Shown here: piece by piece, positions 29,570 to 43,625 of the stretch
Layout of the letters: every line of letters begins with the position of its first letter
How positions within the stretch are numbered: position 1 is the first letter of the stretch
DNA from: Octopus vulgaris
Taxonomy: Eukaryota
NCBI GenBank assembly: GCA_951406725.2
Contig: OX597824.1
Coordinates: 1,426,001-1,490,000 of the forward strand
Length of the DNA stretch: 64,000 nt
Direction of reading: 5' to 3'
Program-made: the position numbers and the translations under genes
The notes under the pieces: model-generated
The model's database searches: none
Told to the model about the DNA's origin: nothing
Seen by the model: only the letters and a program-made list of their open reading frames with translations

Positions 29570-30138
29570 TATATTAAAAAATATGTATGCATACATACAT
29601 GTACATACCTACATATATGTGTATATACACTTGCATATATCGGTACAGTACGTCAAAATAAACGTGAACAACATGAAAAACAAAAAAAATGGAAAACAGA
29701 GAAACAAGATAGGTAACATAAAAACCAATCCTTTCATAAGTTGTCCCCTCTGTTATCTACTCCGCATTTTCGAATGTTAGGATAAGATGCGTCTTCGTCA
29801 AAACAGTGGTTCCCGCAAAGCAAATTAAATAAAATTGGGGATTTGTGGAGGGTCAAATTTGGTACCAAAAAGAGGAGAGTTAAAACAAACGGTAAGGGCT
29901 GTTAAGCCACAATGAGGTGAAGTGGTGAACGCTGGAGAAACAAGCTTTGACAGTAGACAGGCAAAAATGCGTCTTGCCTCTTGTACATATGTATGTACAC
30001 ACACACACACATATATATATGCTATATACCTTGTCTATTATATTATTTGTGGTGGGGGCCAAAATCGAAGTGTGGCATGCGATAAAAGACTTTGGCAAAC
30101 ATTAAACTGCTGTCTTTGCAGGAAAGTCAACATCGTAC

Positions 30139-31210
30139 GTGAAGAATTCCACCCACTTCACAGAATTGATCAAGGATACCCCTATTGAACCCAACCAGAT
30201 TGTGAGTCTAGATGTAAGTTTATTCACCAAAGTTGCAACTGGTGAAGCACTGTCGGTGATTCAAGAAAAACTAGTGACAGACACCCATCTAAAAGAACGC
30301 ACTAGTATACCAATAAGAAACTTGCTGGAAATGTTGACCCTCTGTGTAGAAACTACCCACGTCAGTATGGACACTGGTATTTGTCGGCAGGAAGAGGATC
30401 TAGCTATGGGTTCGCCATTATCAACGATAATAGCCAATATATACATGGAATACTTTGAGAATTTGGCTTTAGGATCAACACCACTAAAACCAACCCCATG
30501 GCTGCGATATGTTGATGACACCTTTATACTCTGGCCCCACCAGGAAGATGTCCAAGTGCTGTTAGATCATGTGAACTCAATAAAGCCATCCATACAGTTC
30601 ACTATGGAGAAGGAAAAAGACAATCAGCTAGCATTCCTGGACGTATTAATAACATGCACCAAGTATGGATTCAAGACATCCGTATACCGCAAGCTGACCT
30701 TCACTGGACAATACCTCATCTTCAACTCCCACTATCCATACAGTGTAAGGAGAGGGATTGCTCAGTGCCTAAAACAACGTGCAAAGAATATAAGTAGCGA
30801 TCGTGATACACACCACGAAGAAATGATCAACCGCAGTAACAATCTATTAAGCAACAACTACCCCAAAAGCATACTCTCCACTCCAATTATGAAGAAAAGA
30901 GAGGATGAAACCGATAAACTGTCCACAGTCTGTCTACTCTATGTGAAAGGCCTCTCCGAAAAGATAATAAAGATATGTGGCCTGCATGACATCAGGACAG
31001 TATTCAAAAGTAATACAACACTTCGCAAATATCTCCTTCGAGTAAAAGCACCAATAGCAGAGAATATGACTAAGATCTGCATGTACTGCATCCCAAGCAG
31101 CTGTGGTAGGTTATACAAATGCGAAACATTCAGAATAAGAGTAGAGGAAGATCGCAAAGCGGGACGCGAGGAGATATTGATAAATCGGGTACAGCTGATC
31201 TTGTATGGAA
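30139..31210 (+). mobile_element. Penelope-like retroelement, RT domain + start of GIY-YIG
   Basis: IVSLDVSLFTKV, LAMGSPLS, WLRYVDDTF, IQFTMEKEKDNQLAFLDV, VYRKLTFTGQYL, then MYCIPSSCGRLYKCET. 5'-truncated; the ORF runs on into a family A SINE head at ~31217-31282. Confidence 0.92.
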
Positions 31211-31279
31211 AAAAAATGGGACTGAATCCGGAATTATGTGGTTAGTGAGCAAGCTACTTACCACAGAACCACTCCTGCG

Positions 31280-31327
<48 letters not shown>

Positions 31328-31818
31328 TGTGTGTGTGTGTGTGTTCATGCCCATAATTGCTAACAGGCTTCACATATTAGTAAGTGGATGTGCTTCTGAT
31401 TGCCTTGACTCTCACTGTTCTGCGTGTTCGCCATTATGCCCTCCTGGCAGATATTTCCACGCATAAGAAAATATAAAATATTTTTTGTTTGATGACTTTT
31501 GTAAATAAAAATGGTCATCTTTGATTCGTCTTAAATAATTGGGCGGCATTATCTCTCAGTCAGAAGGCACGGTATTCCTGAAACATTGGTGTCTACCACG
31601 TTACAATGGAATGTGTTGTCAGCACGTGTCAGCTAATGGGGAGGGGGTGTTTTTCAAGATAAGACCCAACAGCGAAAATCATATTCTAAGCTTGCTGGAA
31701 CGTGCTAAGAATGGTTACACACGTTGATTTCATTTTCACCATTCTGCGTGCATATAATAATAATTTCATAGATAAATATATGCATATATCCATATATGTA
31801 TATATATATTTATGTATG

Positions 31819-31881
<63 letters not shown>

Positions 31882-31944
31882 GCATGTATGTATATTTATA
31901 AATCTGGATGTATATGTATATATGTATATGTGTGTACATACATA

Positions 31945-31991
<47 letters not shown>

Positions 31992-32016
31992 GTATATGTA
32001 TACATATGTATATATT

Positions 32017-32070
<54 letters not shown>

Positions 32071-32632
32071 TTTATGCGAGCGTGTGTGTTTATGCGAGCG
32101 TGTGTATGGTGCTGTCTATTGAAACCTGATTTTCTGAAGCGGACTGGCAACAACTTTGTGAACGTGAAGATATTTCTAATTACAGTAAATATTGAGTCTC
32201 TTAATTTGCATTTGTTGCAAAAATTCTTTAACATATTGGTTATTAGGGAAGCTAATAACATCAATATCTTGCCAGCCCTATATAAAGATCCCTTTCTTTC
32301 CAGACGGCACAACGTCCTATTATCTCAGGCGTAAGTTATGGAGAGTGAATTAAATGAAATATCTTCAACATTAAAACGTAAAACGTTGCGCTTTACATTT
32401 TCAGTTGTTATCGTTATTTCCAAAGGACTACGAATTGGCTAAATTCAGATTATATAGGATTCTGCATAATAAATGTATAATTTTGATAAATGCTAGCATC
32501 GTCCCCTCTTTGTTCAACAATGATACTCCAGTTCACTGAAGATTGCTCTGCGTAAATTACTAGAAACTAACATTAGACATTGAATGGGAGGCGCAGCATG
32601 CATTAGCTCTCTCTTCACCTCCCTATAAATAA

Positions 32633-32666
<34 letters not shown>

Positions 32667-33435
32667 GCATCTGTTTAATGTAGACTGTATTAAAATAAGG
32701 GTTACTAGCAGTTTCTGGCTATTACGAAACGCGGTTTTACAGGTTATTATAACGTGCTTTATATCTTCAAGCAATCAAATGTCTCTGAGCTCATGGTTTG
32801 TTCAATTTGAAAATCAGGACTCTGGTGCGAGAGAAACTGCGAGAAAGAACGAAAAGGTTGGTGGAAAAAGTGGAAAGAGAAGACAGAGACTGAATAAAAA
32901 CGGAAAAAGAAAGGAAAGAAAAGAGAGAAAATAAGAGTTACGTGCCCCTGATCGTAGAAAGTCAAGATTAAACCAGTTACTGTTGTTATTCAACGGAGAA
33001 GAGTTCAAAACCAGGAGACAGCTGCTCAATCCAGAGAGGGCAGTGTCCTTCAGTTCTCCAAAAGAAATTTGTCCATATCTTTTCACTTGCCGAAAATTTA
33101 GGTTCTCGAATTCAATAATGTGGAGGAATTTTTTGGTCTATAAAGAAAACAATCTTTCAACTGCGCATAAATTGCATTTCAAAAAGCCATACGCATACAG
33201 CAACGATCTCTACACGATTCTCGATTTTACTGTATGTTGCGTGCAGTTGGTCTTCAAACCCTATGTGTGGCGAAACCAACTTAGCGGCTTTACTTCTGTC
33301 GATGTGCCGCAAAGAAGACTGCTATATATATATATAGTTAATCCAGACATGAAAGCACAAAAAAAACACAACAACGCGAGGATGTGGAACAAATATAGTA
33401 TTATTGGACGCTCAGGAAAGAAGGCAAGAAGGAGG

Positions 33436-33470
33436 GTTTAACGACTCGAGCGGAGCTCTTCGTCGGAAAC
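33436..33470 (-). ncRNA. Degenerate minimal hammerhead motif
   Basis: gttt-CCGACGA-a-gagc(tcc)gctc-GAGT-cg-TT-aaac: stems intact, core mutated. Confidence 0.45.
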
Positions 33471-33564
33471 ATATGAGAAGGAAAGATCCAGAGAAGGGAA
33501 GACAGAGGAAAAAAAATCGCCAACGGTACACACGCGGTCACATTTATATATATGTGTGTGCATG

Positions 33565-33602
<38 letters not shown>

Positions 33603-33852
33603 TGCGCGCATATGCATATGTATGGGTGTGTGTGGGTGTTTATAAACATGTATATTTATCCATCTAGCGATCGACCTCGATGAAGAAGTGAAAATAACAG
33701 AAGCCGATTATGACGTGATTCAACGAAATTCGTTGAATCAAGTTTTCAATGCAACCCAAACAATAGCAATGAGATGAAGTTAAATGGCTGCTAAATGATG
33801 TCTGTTTAAAAAAAACAAAAACAATGTTACTCTATATATATATAATCATGCA

Positions 33853-33970
33853 GGCAACAGATGTGGGACAGATACGGCAACAGATGTGGAAACAGATACG
33901 GCAACAGATGTGGGACAGATACGTCAACAGATCTGGGACAGATACGGCAACAGATGTAGCAACAGATACG
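33853..33970. repeat. 23-24-bp minisatellite, 5 copies
   Basis: Unit ggcaacagatgtgggacagatac. Confidence 0.9.
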
Positions 33971-34036
33971 GAACTTATTGACATCGCAAAAGAAGCGTAA
34001 TTGAAAAGAAAGCTCGTGTCATAAGCCATTAGTGTT

Positions 34037-34385
34037 CTCTACTCTAGGCACAAATCCCGAAATTTTGGGGGATGGGCCAGTCGATTACATCGATCCTAGT
34101 ACGCAACTGGTACTTAATTTATCGACCCCGAAAAGATGAAAGTCGACTTCGGGGGAATTTGAACTCAGAACATAAGGACAGACGAAATACCTATTTCTTT
34201 ACTACCCACAAGGGGCTGAACACAGAGAGGACAAACAAAGAAGGACAGACATCAGCCCCAGTGCGTAACTGGTACTTATTTAATCGAGCCCGAAAGGATG
34301 ACAGGCAAAGCCGACCTCGGCGGAATTTGAACTCAGAACGTAACGGCTGACAAATACCACTAAGTATTTCGCCCGGCGTGCTAAA
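34037..34385 (-). mobile_element. Dimeric family B SINE
   Basis: Two tandem bodies with different tails (ctactctaggcaca... and tttctttactacccacaagggg...). Confidence 0.85.
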
Positions 34386-35507
34386 TAAGTCTTATGAAGC
34401 CAATGAACGTGGGTTGCATGCACAAGAACTGAGCGAAAGAAAACACCAGAGAGCCTTTTGTTGATAGAAACCTAGCTAGGCTGCAATTCTTGTATGATGT
34501 TTCCATTCTAGGCCAAAATGTAACGTTACCGCTGAAGTGGCATAGCTGATTGGCAACATCAGTTTGGAAATGTCATATACACTTAGTTAAGAATAAAAAC
34601 TAAGGAGTGATTTAAAAGTCAGTCGATGTACCATTATTGACCAAATAAAGCCACGAGAAAAATATAAATAACAAAATGCCCCACTGTGGCCACAACGTAT
34701 TCTAATATTCTTATCCGTGACATATAGTAAGGTCTCACAACAGAATTATTTTTAGTAATACTGCTTCCGCCGCAAATAATGAAATTTTAGGCAACCTACC
34801 GGTCATTTAAGGGCCCGGAAACGTGTTAGTGACAGGTTTTCTATATCTATGGACATAATTTAAGTGTGCGGTTGCTTGGTAGTACTTACTCCTGATAAGG
34901 CGCAAAGATGCAGAAATGTACCGCTGTTGGTAGAGGCTACTTGTTATCACAGACATAGCTTGAAGTTTTGTGTCATGTAAATCCACTTTAAGTAATATGT
35001 ACAGAATGCTGAAATTCCTGTTTTAAATTACGAATTCACTTCTTGGTGTTCAATGTCGTTAGACCTCTTCTTTATATATATTCAACCAAAATGGAAATGT
35101 GCAGCATATCATTCTTTCACAGCAAAAGACATGGTTTTAATGGCTATGTATTATGAAACAGGCTGACATGATCGATGCTTCAATAAGATGCCAGATTGTA
35201 GAATTTTGATCTCTAACGTATGCTGTATACATCTTAACATTTCATATCATCTGATACTACAGCAAAGATTTGGAATTCGAACTCGTTAATCACGTCAACA
35301 ATCGCTACAGAAAAAAGAGGGCATTTCAATCATAGTTTTATCGCTTCGAGAAGAAACGTAATCTGTGCTGCTTTCTCTACATAAGGAAAAATCTGGCATT
35401 GAACGCACAAAGTCTCAATGGCTAGCAGTTGCAAAGAGCGTCTATAAATTACAACAAAAAAAAATATATATCTATGTACCAAACACACAAACACACACAC
35501 ACACAAA

Positions 35508-35572
<65 letters not shown>

Positions 35573-36166
35573 CATATATGTATACACATATATCTATATA
35601 TCTATAAATACATATATATATATATACATATATATGTATGCATATATACATATATATATATGTATATATACATATATATATTTATATACATATATATATT
35701 TATATACATATATATATATACATATATATATATGTATATATGTATATATGTATATATATATATACACATATATATATATACATATATATATGTATATATG
35801 TATATATATATGTATGTATATATATGTATATATGTATATATATATATGTGTGTGTGTGTATGAATGTTCAATTTATAGGAAAGGTAGCCAGATGTCACGT
35901 AAGCGTCCTAGGAGCCAGTAATCACACTTGCGTGGGAGTTAATTCCGGGGAAAAGCCAGACGGGTAATGGAAAATGGAGACAAACCCGTAAGATGTTAAT
36001 TAAATCATCTTTATCACCATATCACCGACTTATGTTTCCATAGATGCATCAAGATAAATCGAAGAGGATGAATAATGTGGAACAATGCATCAACCTCATC
36101 GAGGAGGACATAAACAACAGTGTACATCAATAAGTCAGTTTAACAGATGTAAGAAACTACAAGATA

Positions 36167-36231
<65 letters not shown>

Positions 36232-36489
36232 TAAGCATATATGGAAAGCAAAGTTGTGCATGGAACGCTAGTAATTTTTTTTAAATATCGTTAAGAAATT
36301 TGACGTCGAAGGGTGAGAGTAGAAGGGGAGGAAGAGAGAAAGAGAATTGAAGGAGAAATGGAGGTGTAAGCAAATATAGAATAAAGGATAGTTGGAAAGA
36401 AAAGACGAAGGAAAGAACAGGAAGTATGGGAAGTAAGAATAAAGATTAAGTTGCAGATATTATTAGTTAAGGGGTAGATATGGCCGAAA

Positions 36490-37080
36490 GAGCGATTGTT
36501 TTTCAATGTAAACACTCATAAATACACTCTTTATAGGTGTTGACGAGTGTATGCTTGGAATAGAGGACAAATATTTCTTTGTCCGTACAAAGAGGACAGA
36601 ATGATTTCCCTTTATCATAGGTAAATGATCTTGAAAAAACTTTCCAATGTAAAGAAAAATGATTAATAAAGTCTTTGAAATGCCAAATTAGTTTAATAAG
36701 ACCTGTAGAATTGCATTTATGAATGTATATAAATGTAGAAAGGTGATTTGCGGTACGTTGTTTCAATTCCGTTGAAGCAAGTCCAACATAAAAGAATTCT
36801 TGAGATTCTGAGGTAATTTTACATTGGTAAACAACGTTTCTAATTTTGCAGTTTCCGTTGCGAACACAAGATTTATTCGGACCACAATTACAAGGACTAT
36901 TACTATTGATACTAATATTCAAGGAGAGATTATCGTTATTATTATTATTATTATTACTGTTATTGCAGTTTTTTAATGAAACCCTTTTACCTTTAAGAAT
37001 ATAGTTGTTATGCGAGGATATAATCTAATAGAGGTTATTGGTGTTGCAGAAGCCAATTCTGACAGGGTGGGCGTTGATTA
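36490..37080 (-). mobile_element. Penelope-like element 3' fragment (linker + GIY-YIG)
   Basis: VRIGFCNTNNL*IISSHN, then CNC...C...NGNCKIRNVVYQCKI...FYVGLASTELKQRTANH...WKV...CPLC. Confidence 0.88.
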
Positions 37081-37086
37081 TATCCT

Positions 37087-37166
37087 CCCTGATGGGATTC
37101 CTGCATTGTTCCACATTATTCATCTTCTCAGATTTATTTGAATGCATCTATCGAAACATATGTCGG
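37087..37166 (+). ncRNA. Hammerhead motif with long stem II in the inverted pLTR
   Basis: cc-CTGATGG-gat..tgcatt...aatgca..atc-GAAA-catatg-TC-gg; A9 is G here, while the partner copy (36025-36104, minus) reads gatga. Confidence 0.6.
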
Positions 37167-37292
37167 TCATATAAATGATTTAAATAACATCTTGAGCGTT
37201 TGTCTCTCTTTTCCATTATTCTTATATATATATGTAATAGTATTATTCATTCAATGCACAAATGACAGTCATTAATATTTAAATAAACTTAC

Positions 37293-38350
37293 CTGGAATG
37301 CGTTCAATGTCCCGAAATAAATCGGAACAAATGCAAGCCAAATGATGCACGTTGTGTACATTGAAAAACCAATAAATTTTGATTCATTGAAGTTTTCTGG
37401 TATGTTTCTGGTCTTGACAGCGTAAACAGTACATATTATAATGAGAAGCATGTTATATATTAATGAAACTAGGAACGATATATCTCGCGTTTTACATTTG
37501 AGTATAACTTCATTTCTCTTGTTATAAGGGAAATAATGTCGAGTGCCTGGTGGTTCCAAAACCAGCCATATTACTGTAAAAACAATCTGAATCGATATTA
37601 AGATACTAGCTATTGCGATCTGAGATCGTGGACTAATGAATGGGGGGCGCCGGGCTGAGCGGCGAGCGTTGTAGAATATTCGAGATATACGGTTAGTCTT
37701 AGTTAGGAGCGCCGAGTAAATTATTGCAAAGCCAAAACCGACTCCGATCCGTTGTACGGAACATATGAACATTGACGGTTTGGCTATAAGTATAAATGAC
37801 ATTAGATAACAAAACAAACACCCACTGAGAAGCATGTAACTGAGCTCTCGGCCAGACGCCATCACAACTGGCGTGTCGTTATATCGTACGAAGGTTACCA
37901 TCACCGTAACCGTACCGATGATACCGAGGCACGACAGTGAGAGCGGCACGATGGCGTAGATGCTGTTCCAAGTCATGTGCTGGAGCTCAAGACTAAAGCA
38001 ACTACGCTTAGTGGCGTTCGGCCATCGGCCGAGGCCGCAGTCTCTGCACGAGTATTCGTCATACAGATATTCCCAGTCTTCGCACTTGATGCAAATCCAA
38101 CAACAAGTGTCGTGTACAGATTTCACCTCGTCATAATTGCAGGGTCTGCTACATCTGGACATTGGTATTAGGTCTGTTCCCCCGCTCCACGTAATTTCAT
38201 CCCCAGTAAGTTCCAAGTGATTTTTGCCCCACGTTCCTACGTGTTTGTAAGCATATTGGCCAGTAAGGTTGTCGTAGGCGTAGTTGAATATACTGTAGCG
38301 GCCAAGCGCATCACCTTGTTTGTCAAACTGAACTAGGGCGCCGTACCCAT
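37293..38350 (-). CDS. mGluR: Metabotropic glutamate receptor, second coding exon (end of VFT, 9-Cys domain, TM1-TM6)
   Basis: Acceptor TTCTTTCCAG|AT at 38351/38350 completes the phase-1 codon (G+AT=Asp, ...NTSFY-D-GYGALVQFD...). Nine-Cys domain CSRPC...CCWICIKC...CRDC...C; TPVVMASGRELSY, LLTKTNRISRIF, KTRNIPENFNESKFIGFSMYTTCIIWLAFVPIYFG. Donor CAG|GTAAGT at 37293/37292, phase 0. Confidence 0.97.
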
Positions 38351-39051
38351 CTGGAAAGAACAAATAGGAGAAAAGAAAAAACGAAATAAGCAAAATTAGT
38401 AGCGAAGATTATTATTAATGTCTAAAAGGAATAATTTTATAAACGTGATAAATAATCGAATCATCATATACATTTATGTTGTATTGAGAATTGTTTAATA
38501 ACCTTTATTTCCCGCCTCCCTTTCACGCTAACGAAGAGAAATATTAATTTAATTCGGATAATAGTTTTGAAAGACCGGAATTCTAAAATTATTATAGGCT
38601 CTTAATATCGCTATCCCCCAGGGAATATTATTTTCTGAGAGATATACAATAAATATTTATTAAGAAGAAATCATAATTTGAAAAACTATTTCATATAAGT
38701 AATTAATGGAAAATTGTGTGCAATCAGATTAATAGATACGTTCTTTTGCCTGGACCCCAGTATATTACTGGATAGAGATCTCGAAGACATAAATTCACCG
38801 TCACTGGATTTTAATCTAAAATAAGCAGGAACAAAACGAAAATTGATCAAAAGTTTAATTTCCCTCTTTGTTCTTATATTATTAGACCTTTATTTCTTAG
38901 TTTCATGATATTTATTAAAAACAACGGGACCTGCCATGAGTTTATATTTCATTAAATAGGAAGGTACGTTACAGTAGAATGTTAAGTCAGGATATAGAAA
39001 ACCAAGAATACTCTATTTCATTTTAGTCTCAGGTTTTTCAGGTGCACAACT

Positions 39052-39131
<80 letters not shown>

Positions 39132-39132
39132 G

Positions 39133-39325
39133 TTCTTTATTGCCCATAAGGGGCTAAACATAGAGGGGACAAACAAGGACAGACAAAGGGATTAAGTCGA
39201 TTGCATCGACCCCAGTGCGAATCTGTTACTTTATTTATCGACCCCGAAAGGATGAAAGCCAAAGTCGACCTCGGCGGAATTTGAACTCAGAACGTAACGA
39301 CAGCCGAAATACCGCTAAGCGTTTC
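39133..39325 (-). mobile_element. 5'-truncated family B SINE
   Basis: ggggctaaacatagaggggacaaacaagg...cgacctcggcggaatttgaactcagaacg. Confidence 0.85.
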
Positions 39326-40138
39326 GGCTTCAATCCGAGTCCCACTGAGCTCAGTTTTGCCCTTTCGCGATCGAGAAATAAAGTACAAAACCTTAGTGGG
39401 ATTGATTCTTCTCTTTCTGCTTGTATTTCTATGATCTGAAAGACATCGGCCTTGTAACACATCTCGAAGGATGATCTGTGTGTGGGATACATTGCGTGTC
39501 ACGACGGTGTCCCTACGATCCATTGAAAGAGCTAAGGGAGCAATGAAAGTCAATTAATACACTAGGCGCGCCCTAATTCTTGATCAGGAAATAACAACAG
39601 AAAGGACCAGCTGACAATTCTAAAGCAACAACAACAATACCAGCAACGGGGATGAAGTTACGATAGCAGCAGAGTAAGTTTTCTCTTTGTTTTTCGACAT
39701 GCTAAAAATAACAACCTAATCTCTCGCCAAACAAACATTGCCGTTAAGAACAAGAATCGTCAGAGTGGATAATATTTTCCTAGATACAGTGTCTGACAGT
39801 GGTAAAGCAAATGATAAGGCGGGCACGACTGGATTGACATTGACCATGAGTTTCATTGCTTACTGTTGGCCTGGGGCTAATCAATTACAATGGCAGTAAA
39901 ATTTATTAACCAATAAACTGAAACTACAACAAAAAATCAATCTGATTGGAAGGAAACCAAATACAAACGACGACGATGATGATGATGATGATGGATGTAA
40001 TATTAATACTGACAAATATAACTAAAAAAAAACATTTCACTCCACCATGAATAATCACTTTGATTTATCCATAACAACAACCTAATCTATATATCTGTAC
40101 ACACACACACGTATATGAATAAATGAATAACCCGAACC

Positions 40139-40181
<43 letters not shown>

Positions 40182-40765
40182 AGTAGAATTCTTTACATCC
40201 CAAATCATCTACAGTGAATTCATCCAATAACAATACATAAATGCATATGAATAAATTAGCAAAATAACCAAATAAATAAACATGTAAAAAACATATACGA
40301 AATGCGAAAAGAGGGGGGAAAAGACATATGATGCAAGAGCTAATCTCCGATTCAACAATTCAATCTGATGCCTTGCTTAATATAAAAGAAGTTACTATTA
40401 TTCTCCAAGTTCAAAGATTAAATATGGCGCTTGTTATGTGTAGCTTTACAATGAATACTTATAGCATTGATTATATCTTAGACTGTTAAAGACCCCAACA
40501 TATATCCTGTTCGTAAGTGTTAACAGAAGAATTCGAAGCTCATCTGATAAGAAGTAGATTTGAAAGATTCCTATGATTTTGTTTCTTAGAGAACAAATAC
40601 AAAACGTCAGCAAAATTAATAAAAATATAAAGAAATCTAAGCAGCAGAAAACAAACCGACCCAAAAGGCCAAAAGAAAATATATAACATTTATCATTCAT
40701 TCAGCTATAAAGACGTGGCGGGTAAAACTGCATTTCTTATTACAGATAATATATTCTGTAGATCG

Positions 40766-40887
<122 letters not shown>

Positions 40888-40913
40888 ATATCTATCTATC
40901 TATCTATCCAATC

Positions 40914-41772
40914 ATGGGCACTCTCATCCAGCAATGGGCCGAGAGGAAGCTATCCACAAAAGGTCGGGCAGAGGTGGCGAACGCGTACATCGCATCCGTA
41001 ATCGAGTACCGTCTGACCGTCGTAACTTGTCCCGACCCTACCATCACCAAACTGGAACGCATACTGTTCTGCTTCTTGTGGAAGGGAAGCGTTCCGATGG
41101 TTAAGCGATCAATTTGCTGTCAACATCCGCTAAACGGAGGGCTGGGCATGCCGTGGTTGATGATGCGCAGACATGCGCTGAGACTGCGACATCTCCAGCG
41201 CTTCTTAGACGACGGTGAACAGGTGTGGTCGCCTTTTGTGCGACGCGCTTTCCCGCAGCTCGTCTCCTTAGACGAACTACAGTCGTGGATCAAACAGAGA
41301 CCGAGGCTAGGCGAATGGCACCACGAGCGTCACGTTTGCTCTCAAGCAACTCTGTCGTCCAGGACCAAAGTTGTGCGACTTCATTACAACAAAGACATTC
41401 TATAGAAGATTAGTGAGGGAGGGGAGGTTCTCGGGCAGAATCAGGGCGTCGACGCGGAACACCTGACCCGCCTGTTCAGGACAACTTTCGGGCCCGGATC
41501 CTATGGAGAATCACCATAGATCCCTGGCCTGGCAGTGTTATCGAGAAGCATTACCTGTTCGGGATAAGCTCTACAGGTACGGTTCCAGACACACTGGACC
41601 GACTTGCCCAAGATGCGGTCAGAGCGATGAAACCGTTCTGCACGCACTCGTGCAGTGTCCAGCCATTTCGGACCTGTGGGCTTATGCCGAACGGCTGCTG
41701 TCACGCGTGGGACGAGTCCGCCTGTCGGCCGAGTCTATTGTAGTAATTGCTCCGCCACCTTACCTCAACTTC
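40914..41772 (+). mobile_element. Tx1/L1-like LINE ORF2 C-terminal fragment
   Basis: WAERKLSTKGRAEVAN...FLWKG...GGLGMP; zinc finger LPVRDKL...CPRCGQSDETVLHALVQCP; frameshifted; flanked by (TATC)n and (GA)n. Confidence 0.88.
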
Positions 41773-41774
41773 TC

Positions 41775-41830
<56 letters not shown>

Positions 41831-42161
41831 GTGAGTGAGAGAGAGAGAGAAAGAGAGAGAGAGTGAGTGAGTGAGAGAGAGCCATTCTCTCTCATGTGTT
41901 TATTCCCTCCCTGCCTGAGGTTACTGTAGTCTTTTCCGTAGGCATTTTGCCACGGATAAACTTAATCTTGCTTCTTACATTTTAAAAATTCTTCTGTGAT
42001 ACATGATCCCCTTTGATCGCATTTTTTTGTCTTTTATTTTTCCCCCGATCACTTTTGATCGAAATTTTACTTTTTTTTCTCTTTTTTGTTTTCATTTTCG
42101 AAAAGAAAAGCTCTACATTTGTATTTGTTCCCATCTATCTCCTTATCTATCTCTCTATCTC

Positions 42162-42347
<186 letters not shown>

Positions 42348-43274
42348 CATCTAGCTAGCTAGCTAGCCAGCTAGCTAGCTAGCCAGCTAGCTAGCCAGCT
42401 ACAAATAAGCATGCATGTATATACATAAATACATACATACGTACATACGTATATTTTTGTGAGCACATATACTGATTTTAAATTTTGGCTCAAGTCCAGA
42501 AATTTTGGGGGGATATGTCAGTATTATCGATCCCAGTGTTCAATTGGTACTTATTTTATCAACCCCAAAATGTTGAAAGCAAAGACGACATCGGCAGAAT
42601 TTGAACTCAGAGCCTAAGACAGACGGAATGTCACTAAGCATTTTGCCCCGCGTTCCCGTGTGAATATATTAGTTTGTAATTTTAGCAAAGGTCAGTAAAG
42701 GTGTACAAATATGTATGGTTGTTTTTATGTGAAAGTACATATAAAAACAATTTAACTTTAAATTGAAGGATCGCTCAATACTCTTTTAGTGGTGTATATA
42801 TGTGTTGATTTTTATAAGGAAAAGGCTAGACAGAGTTTAATGTTTCGGCTTACCAGCAGTGACCAGTTTGTGGAGAGAAGCTCTCTAGAAAATTGGCGAT
42901 GCTTTGAGTAGCGAAGTAGTAGGGTAGCTAGATATATGCAGGTGCACAAACACATACACACATGTATACATAGTCACATACAAGGAAACACACAGGCACA
43001 CGCACCCGTCTTCTTGTCTGCCTATCCGACTTTCCATGTTTCCATGCATCTCGTCATCAATTTACCTCTATGCATGTATCAAACAATGATGATATCGACC
43101 TATTTGTTTGCTTCATTTTCGGATCTATTTGTCAATCTACCAATCGATCGCGCAATCAATCAGTCACTCAATAAATCTCTGTGTGTACCCCCCCCCACAC
43201 AAAGAAGCTAGTTATAAAATCTCACGAAGAGACAGAATAGCAGATCTTAGCTATCACTACATTGCGCAGGTGCC

Positions 43275-43321
43275 CGCGGGTGACGAAAAGCCAACTAGCT
43301 CGAAACTGGGCCAGTCCCGCG
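43275..43321 (+). ncRNA. Minimal hammerhead motif, C3 mutated to G
   Basis: cgcgg-GTGACGA-aa-agc(caacta)gct-c-GAAA-ctgg(g)ccag-TC-ccgcg. Confidence 0.55.
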
Positions 43322-43578
43322 ATCCTGTAAGATGATGGAGGTTAATAGTGGTTCACTTGCCCTGCTAGCGATATATTGCATATAAACCAGCTGGTTGAGA
43401 ATCTGCCTGGGGTTAAACTAGTACTAACATTCATCTGCCATATATCGTAAAGACAGTCACCACATACAAGTGGCTACTGAATGTTACTCCTGTTTGTCAG
43501 TGCGACACTCGGCACGCTTTATATAGAATGTATAGCAGATAGAGCGAACCCCGACTGCCCCTTAGCAGCTAATAAGAT

Positions 43579-43625
43579 CGAGAGACTGACTCAGTTTCGA
43601 GCTATTTGCCTCGTCCTCAGTCGCG
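43579..43625 (-). ncRNA. Minimal hammerhead motif, C3:G8, intact core
   Basis: cgcga-CTGAGGA-c-gag(gcaaatag)ctc-GAAA-ctga(g)tcag-TC-tctcg. Confidence 0.7.

Larger units (their letters stand above)
35965..37218. repeat. Inverted ~140-bp pLTR-like repeats flanking the PLE fragment
   Basis: 35965-36107 (taatggaaaatggagacaaac...gatgaataatgtggaacaatgca) is the diverged reverse complement of 37084-37218. Confidence 0.85.

Noticed and set aside
33015-33060. Minus ctgaagga...cagctgtc, possible fossil hammerhead
   Set aside because: GAAA and stem II are missing; too decayed to count.
33853-33970. Regularly spaced repeats that might suggest a CRISPR array
   Set aside because: Head-to-tail minisatellite with no unique spacers, eukaryotic context, no cas genes.
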